NCBI GenBank assembly: GCA_951406725.2
Contig: OX597827.1
Span: forward strand, 8,866,001-8,930,000
From: Octopus vulgaris
Taxonomy: Eukaryota
Direction: 5' to 3'
Length of the DNA: 64,000 nucleotides
Made by a program: the position numbers and the translations under genes
Part shown: positions 56,651 to 64,000 of the stretch, piece by piece
Layout of the letters: every line of letters begins with the position of its first letter
Numbering within the stretch: position 1 is the stretch's first letter
Notes under the pieces: model-generated
What the model was told of the DNA's origin: nothing
The model's database searches: none
The model's input: only the letters and a program-made list of their open reading frames with translations

Positions 56651-57350
56651 GATAATGATGATGATGATGATGATGATGATGGTGGTGCTGTTATTGTTGT
56701 TGTAGTTGTTGGTGGTGCTGTTATTGTTGTTGGTGGTGGTGGTGGTGCTGGCATTGGTGATGGTGATACATCTGCTGCTGTTGCTGATGTTGGTGGTGTT
56801 CGTGTTAGTAGTGGTAGAGGTGGTAGTGTTGCTGCTGTTACTACTGCTGCTGCTACTGCTGCTACTACTGCTGCTGTTGCTGCTGTTGTTATTGCTGCTA
56901 ATGATGATGATGATGATGATGGTTAAGGTAGTGGTAGTGTGGTGCTGCTGCTGCTGATAATATTGTGGATGATGATGATGATGTCGGTGCTGCTGTTGTT
57001 ATTGCTGCTAATGATGATGATGATGGTTAAGGTAGTGGTAATGTGGTGCTGCTGCTGATAATGTTGTGGATGATGATGATGATGATGTTGGTTGTAGTAG
57101 TAGTAGTGGTTGTGGCCAGTGGATAACAATGGAAGTGATGATGAGGATCATGATGAGGTAAACAATAATGATGATTATGATGCTGAGGTTGAGGATGGTG
57201 GTGGTGGTGGTGGTGGTGGTGATGGTGATGGGATGTTGATGATGGCAAGGACAATGAAGAACTTAATGATGGTGGTAGTAATGACAGTGTAATAATGACG
57301 GTAATGATAATGAAGGTAGCGATGATACTGATGATGGTGATAGTGATGAT
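56614..57350. repeat. Compound trinucleotide field (TAT, GAT, GGT, GCT, GTT)
   Basis: Direct reading; includes an internal ~105-bp duplication (GGTTAAGGTAGTGGTA at about 56921 and 57025). Confidence 0.9.
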
Positions 57351-57852
57351 GGGGAATTTACGAAGTGTTATAACATTCAAACTTTCCATATAACTCGGAA
57401 ACTTCTCATCAAATATGGATTTTTCTAATTGACATATTTGTCATTACCATAATTATTTGGATATTTTCTTTAATCAGAGTCATAAAAGGTAAACTTTATA
57501 GAAAGTTTAACCTCATTACCAACTCATTATCTAATCTCATGATTAGGGGGTAAAAAAAAAAACAAAAACAAAACCCCAAAAAAAAACAACTAATTTTTGG
57601 CTTGAAAGCTACACAAGAAAATGACATGTTCAGTTTCCACATAGGAAAGAGGCTTTGAGAACTTTATCATATATGTAATGCGAGCATAATTATTCCCTTA
57701 ACACTAATCTATGTTAGACAATCGCTTTCATGTTAATAATTATTGTGAAATTAGAAACAATTAGGAAAATTAGCACAACATTTAAGGTAGTCTTTATTGT
57801 AATTTACAGCACATCAAAAGCAAATTTACAATAATGTAGAAATTATAATTAC

Positions 57853-60177
57853 CTGATGAGTTCCTTTAGTAAATGGCTGTGAATGAATTTCCATAGTTGA
57901 GTCTCTTCCTTTCTGACTAAGCTCATGTTTGGATGATGGTTGTGTTGCACAAAAGTATTCTGACTGTCTGCTGCAATTCATTAGTTGTTTTGGAGGAACC
58001 GCTCCGCATTGATACGGAGTGTTCCTTTGGTTTTTTCTCCTGACAATGCATATGGTAATGGAAACAACGAGTAATACGGAAACTGTCACTGCTGCCACTA
58101 TGATTATGATGAATAAATTGATGTGTATTTTATCGTCAGACTGAAACTGCACTGCTGTCAGTTTAGTTGATGTTTTGTTACTGACAGTCAGAGTTAAGGA
58201 TAAGGTAGTAGTAGCTGATAAAACAGGAACACCACTGTCTTTCACTTTAAGTAGAAGATCATATGATCCAGCATCATTTTGGTAAACAATCCGTGAAAAA
58301 GACAGCACACCTGTGTATGGATTGACAGAAAATAAATTTCTACCATTCCCTCCAAATATTTCAAACTTGATAAAAGAATTTTGCCGGCTATCCCTATCAG
58401 AGGCTCTCAGAACTGTTATGTCATTTTTGCTTTGTGGTTGATAGAAGACATCAAGGCTAAAAGGGTCGAAGCTGGGAAATGTAAAATACGGTGCATTGTC
58501 ATTTTCATCCATAACTTCGATAACTATATTTGCTGTGCTACTCAGAGATGGAGTTCCATTATCTTTGGCCAAAACTTTGAATTTATAAACTTCTTGCTGT
58601 TCACGATCTAATGATTGAGTAGTTGAAATAAATCCAAAATCAGATATTTTAAAAGGTAATGCAAATTTAATGTTAGAAAAAAGAAAATATGTAAGCTGAC
58701 TACCTGATCCAAGATCAGAGTCAGTAACGTTGATAAAACCAACAGGAAAATTAGGCATTTCGTTTTCATATGTTAAAAATTTGAATGTTTCTTTTGTGAA
58801 TTGTGGTTTTACATCATTGACATCAGTTACTTTGAGTGAAAACTCATGTTCTGTTTTCAGAGAAGGAGTTCCTCTGTCACTGCAAGTTATTGTGAAATTT
58901 ATTCTACTTTCACTTTCTCGATCAACAGTCTGCTTTACTGATACTTTGTATCTTTTCTGACCAAGACTCTGAAGAGTGAACTTATTATGCTGGAGGTCAC
59001 ATGTCACTTGTCCATTCAAACCAATATCATTGTCGACAACTTTCACATATGCAATGAAACTGCCAACTTCCATCGCTTCAGATATTGTTGCTGTGTTTCC
59101 AGTTAATTCTGAGAAATTTACTTCAATCACTGGAGCATTGTTTTGTTTATTGATAATATTTACCACAACTGTTACAACAGAGCTCAGAGGAGGATTGCCA
59201 TTATCTCTGGCTTCAATAAATAGTTTATAAGTTTGTTTCTTTTCTGGTTTAAATCTTTTGCGAAGAAAGATTTCTCCAGTATTTTTATTTATTTCAAAAA
59301 ACGATTTTGCTCTCTCAGATGTCATGGAACTAAAATAGTATGATACGTTTCCATTTTTACCTGAATCTAAATCAGTAGCTGACAAGATAAGAACTGGTAT
59401 CTCTTTTGCTTGTCTGTTATTCACTGTAATATTGTAAATGTCTTGAGAAAATATTGGTGGATTGTCATTTTCATCTGTAACTGATATTTGAACATCCAAA
59501 ATACCATGTTTTGATGGAGTCCCTCCATCTTTACCAATTACCTGCAACTCATATGTGTCTCTAACTTCTCTGTCTAACTCCCTTTTTAAAATTATTCCAA
59601 GTGAATAAGAGCCATCAACTCTCTTGGAAACTGCTAATGTGAATGGATCATCCTCATTTTTTATTAATTCATAGGTGATCTGTGAATTTATGATGCTAAC
59701 ATCTTTGTCGACAGCATGTGGAATTGATTTTTTTGTTCCTTGCCTATCTGTTTCAGCAAAATGAAGACTGACTACTTTTTCAGGAAACTCTGGTTGATGG
59801 TCATTAATATCTTCAATTCTTACTTTGATTTCAAGTACCTTGAGGAATGATTTTCCTGTACGCACTGCAATATCCACCATTTTGAAACATTTAACATTAT
59901 ATTTACAGAGAGTCTCAGCATCTAATATCTTGGCAGTATACAGTTCTCCTCTTTTAGAAACATTAAACAACTGGGAACTGCTTCCTGTTCCTTTTTCTAG
60001 TTGGCTGAATTTGATTATACTGTGCTCTTTCGATGAGATGTTATCCATTAGATGTGTATCAATAGCAACATTACCTAGCAATGTACCAGGACTTTCACCT
60101 TCCCTGATGTGGTAGGTAAAATCCTCACAGATACAGGTGTGTAGATAAATCAATATGACACATATGTGTGTCAACAT
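57853..60177 (-). CDS. PCDH: Protocadherin (cephalopod-expanded type), large first coding exon: signal peptide, 6 EC repeats, TM, proximal cytoplasmic tail
   Basis: 783-aa ORF. Hydrophobic N-terminus; EC1 with LDAE and C-X5-C (CKYNVKC); linkers DINDHQP, DENDNPP, DVNDVKP, DENDNAP; LDRE and AxDxGxP motifs; TM INLFIIIIVAAVTVSVLLVVSITICIV followed by RRK. Donor CAG|GTAATT after 57853 (775 codons, phase 0); unspliced read-through stops at 57826. Confidence 0.97.
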
Positions 60178-60260
60178 GTCACCAGGATTGAGTGTAAGAC
60201 CGATTCAGTGAAAAAGATCAATAAAGCCTGCAATGGAAACAAAAAGAAAAAAAGCCATTT
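60178..60260 (-). promoter_or_regulatory. Splice acceptor and 50-nt 5'UTR ahead of the protocadherin ATG
   Basis: Minus strand reads TTTTTTCTTTTTGTTTCCATTGCAG|GCTTT with the exon starting at 60227, implying an upstream non-coding exon. Confidence 0.65.
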
Positions 60261-60950
60261 TCACAAAGACATAATATAAACTGATTTCACTGCATGACTT
60301 AACAAAAATGTTCTTTAACATTAAATAAATCAAAACAAAACACTTTAAAAAAAACAAAGTCTCCCTATAAAACCGAAATAATTCTCGCAATTTCAAATTT
60401 CACAAGAATTTGATCTATAAAATATGAATAGGAAATATTCCTAGTGAACAGTAGCAGCAAGATATATATTTCAAACTGCAATAAAATAAAACAGTCAATG
60501 ATGTGAAATGGAAGATTTAGAGGAAATGCGAGAAAGCAGCAGATATTCATATTTCTCTTTGTAATAGAGTAAAAATCCCAAGATTACTTATTCTTATCCC
60601 TTGGTTTTAATTTATTTCTTTCGAAACAACAATGATACAAGCAATGTATCAGAAGCACACGGGAGAAACTCACTCAATATCATAGCGATGATACCGAGCA
60701 ACAACTGTTAACTGAATATAACAAAAAAAAAAAGAAAGAAAGAAAAAAGAAAAGAAAAAAAGAAAAAAGAAAAGAAAAAAAAAGGAGAAAAATCACAATA
60801 GCTCAAACATGTAAATCTGCAGTGATTATTACTGGATCAAGTTCAGGCATTTTTGCTTCTTCACTAATAACCAGGTGGGAAGGAGGGCAAAAGCTATTCA
60901 CGATATATTTTCTGCTCTGACATGCAATGTTTTCTTTAATATTGTTTTAC

Positions 60951-61000
60951 CTTCTTCAGCAGGCTACCAGCCAGCTAGCCAACCAGCCAACCAGAGTGGT
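60951..61000 (-). other. Candidate non-coding 5'UTR exon (3' end) of the protocadherin
   Basis: GC-richer patch ending in donor AAG|GTAAAA at 60951/60950; 5' boundary unknown. Confidence 0.35.
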
Positions 61001-61659
61001 TATGCTTGATATTATGTATTTCCAAACATGAGACATGTATATTGATTACTATCATACTGCATTTAGAAAAGAATTTATTCTGGTCACATTTAAAGATTTT
61101 GGGAAACTGCACTTCCAACACTTCATTCTCACAGCATCTGAAAGTTTTATCATTCTTTAACCATAGAGAGTTTTTCATGGAATATTATTTGTTTTGTTAC
61201 GTTTGTTTTTTTTTTTTTTTTTTTTTTCTTTTTGTAAGGTTAAAACTAACACCTTAAAATGTGAGAGTGATTGGCAAGTAGAATTTGTTGCTAGAATGCT
61301 TGAGTGACTAAGAGAATAAAAACCCATTTTAATACTGAGAGAAATGGTTTGCAAAAGTTAATATAGGTGATCTCCAGAATTTTATATAAAATACAACTAT
61401 GCTATGAGAATACATCAATAATTTGAACAACTAACAAACAAATATCCACAGAATTAATGTTTTTATTTTATTTTCATGGTAATGGGAGAAAGACTTAAGA
61501 TAATGGTTTGGTTCACAAAATTTTATAAATAAAATTTATTGCACACAATAGTGAATAAGCACGAAATATAATGGTATTTTGTATATAAACTAAAATAGCT
61601 AAAGTACTAAGTTAGTACAAATGAGCATGTGAATATCTATCTATCTATCTATCTATCTG

Positions 61660-61757
<98 letters not shown>

Positions 61758-61764
61758 ATTCATG

Positions 61765-62195
61765 ATCATCGTTTAACGTCCGTTTTCCGCACTAGCACGG
61801 GTTGGACGGTTCGACCAGGGTCTGGGAAGCCAGGGGCTGCACCAGGCTCCAGTCTGATCTGGCAGTGTTTCTAGAGCTGGATGCCCTTCCTAATGCCAAC
61901 CACTCCATGAGTGTAGTGGGTGCTTTTTACGTGCCACCTGCACAGGGGCCAGGGGAGTCTGGCATCGGCTACGATCGGTTGGTGTTTTTAACGTACCACC
62001 AGCACGGAAGCCAGCCAAGGTGGTGCTGCCGTCGGCCACATTCAGGTGGTGCTTTTCATGTGCCACTGGCACAGAAGCCAGTCGAGGCGGCACTGACATC
62101 GGCCACGTTCAGATGGTGCTTTTTATGTGCTACCGGCAGCTTAAATCATCAACCCATACCAACATGGAAAATGGAGGTTAAAAGATGACGATGAT
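61765..62195 (-). mobile_element. Family D retroposon with 4 diverged hairpin modules, plus an inverted tail fragment
   Basis: Tail 61765-61920; repeated GGTGCTTTT..GTGCCAC..GCAC modules to about 62140; plus-strand tail 62150-62195. Confidence 0.8.
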
Positions 62196-62878
62196 GAAGA
62201 CACAAAAAAATATTAAAAGTAGATATGATATGTAAAATAGGCTGTCCAACATGGTGCTAGCTTAATATTTGACTGCTATAGAAGTAGCTGATCTTTGTTA
62301 TTGATTTGGGAATGAAACTGTGTGTGTTTTCTCTTAGGAGCAGTTGACAAACCATGAAGCAGCTCAGCAGGAGACTCCTTTGCCTCTTTTATCTGCACAT
62401 TTATTGCATCAAAAACATGCATTTATGTACTTATTTAACCCACAGTGAGAATTTAGAATTTTGATTATGTGCATGCATATGTATACATCTCCTGGAGCGA
62501 CTACATCACCAACACTGAAGTTGCCAAGTGAGCAAAGGTCACCAGGCTGGAAGCCATTTTATTTGAGACATGACTACGTTGGATATATATGTATATAGTT
62601 ATATACAACAAAATATTAAGGAAAGACCCTGACAGGTCATTCGACTCACTTGAAAAGAGCAGCCAAACTCAAACCGCAAAAATAGTAGTAATTCTGAAAA
62701 CTAGAGAAGAAATAAAAACATTTATCCCCTTCAACTTTGTACCCTGCAAGGTTTCAACATCTTTCACGCAATCGAATTTAATTAAATTAAATTAAATCCG
62801 TTTACGCTTGGCTTGTCTATATATATATATTGATATGTATGTAAATATGTTTGTATATATGTGTGTTTATGCTTGTGA

Positions 62879-63280
62879 GGTGAAAGACCACTGCCTACCC
62901 AAGACCATTATGTACGGTGAGCTCACCACTGGCCACTTAACAGGGGACACTAAAGAAGCATCACAAGGATTGTCTGAAGCAGTCCTTTAGTGTTGTGACA
63001 TTGATTATTGAGAGGGATCCAATCTAAGTGCTGACCATGCTGCTTGGTGGCATACCATCAGTGATGCTGATTCCTTCTTTGAGATGACTTGCAGTGTCTC
63101 TCTTGAAGACAAACATCAGAGGCAAAAAAATAATACAGTTGCATCATAAAACCCTAGGCACTCATACCTCTGTCATCATTGCAGTTGGATATGTCAATCT
63201 TACATCAGCTTTATCAGCCACAAACGAGTGTGCAGACATGGACAACAGCCTTCCGAATCTTCATCAGGGAAACCAAGCCA

Positions 63281-63283
<3 letters not shown>
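62879..63283 (+). mobile_element. RTE-clade LINE 3' fragment
   Basis: DHCLPKTIMYGEL (RTE RLPKxxxYGEL motif) and a degenerate C-terminal zinc finger [21 protein letters not shown]. Confidence 0.8.
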
Positions 63284-63321
<38 letters not shown>

Positions 63322-63387
63322 AGATACATACATACACACGCACACACACACATATGTATATATACACACACAGACATATATCTATAC

Positions 63388-63434
<47 letters not shown>

Positions 63435-63777
63435 CACAGACACACACATAATGTGTATATGTATGTATCTATCGTACATATCACGCAATATTGTATGAGC
63501 GTATACACGCACATATATATATATATATAATTTATATGTGTATATATATATATTTATATATATGTATTATATATATATATATATATATATAGATATAATA
63601 TATATATATATTTTAAAATGTTTTTTATTTTTTATCTAGTTTCAGCTCACAAGCTGTGGCCATGCTGGGGCACCGCCATATATATAGTTATATATATATA
63701 TTGATATGTATGTAAATATATTTGCATATATGTATGTTTATGCTGATGTGGTGTGCATGTATATATATATATATATT

Positions 63778-63823
<46 letters not shown>

Positions 63824-64000
63824 TGTATATTTTGTTATACATATCTGTGTGTGTGAGTGTGTATGTATTCATGCATATAGATGATGATGATGATGATTAG
63901 GATGATGATGATGATGAGGAGGAGGAGGAGGAGGAGGAGGAGGACGAGGATGCATTCTTTGTTGGTTTCAGTGATGAGCATTCGTTTCTTCAATCAACTG

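Noticed and set aside
58381-60115. Short plus-strand ORFs overlapping the protocadherin
   Set aside because: Antisense shadows of the real coding exon.

Overview
AT-rich, microsatellite-saturated eukaryotic DNA, almost certainly octopus (inferred from the protocadherin type and the repeat families). The only clear host gene is a minus-strand protocadherin. One large exon (60177-57853) encodes a signal peptide, six cadherin repeats, a TM helix and the proximal tail. I read a phase-compatible second coding exon at 45886-45724 carrying a DSGQG motif, a probable 5'UTR exon upstream, and at least one further exon I could not fix. The rest is intronic or intergenic and filled with repeats: at least four SINE-like families, internally deleted mariner/Tc1 elements, MITEs, a non-autonomous Helitron, R4/Dong and RTE LINE relics, Penelope-type hammerhead-ribozyme remnants, a 34-bp minisatellite, and simple repeats that explain almost all short ORFs. 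I cannot support a wholly new biological system here. The best leads are an apparently Ca2+-free EC3-EC4 linker, alternative protocadherin C-termini, inverted SINEs bracketing exon 2, GGTAT target preference and tail swapping in SINEs, and a tandemly amplified hairpin module. Family assignments come from motif recognition by eye, not database searches, and boundaries of diverged repeats are approximate.
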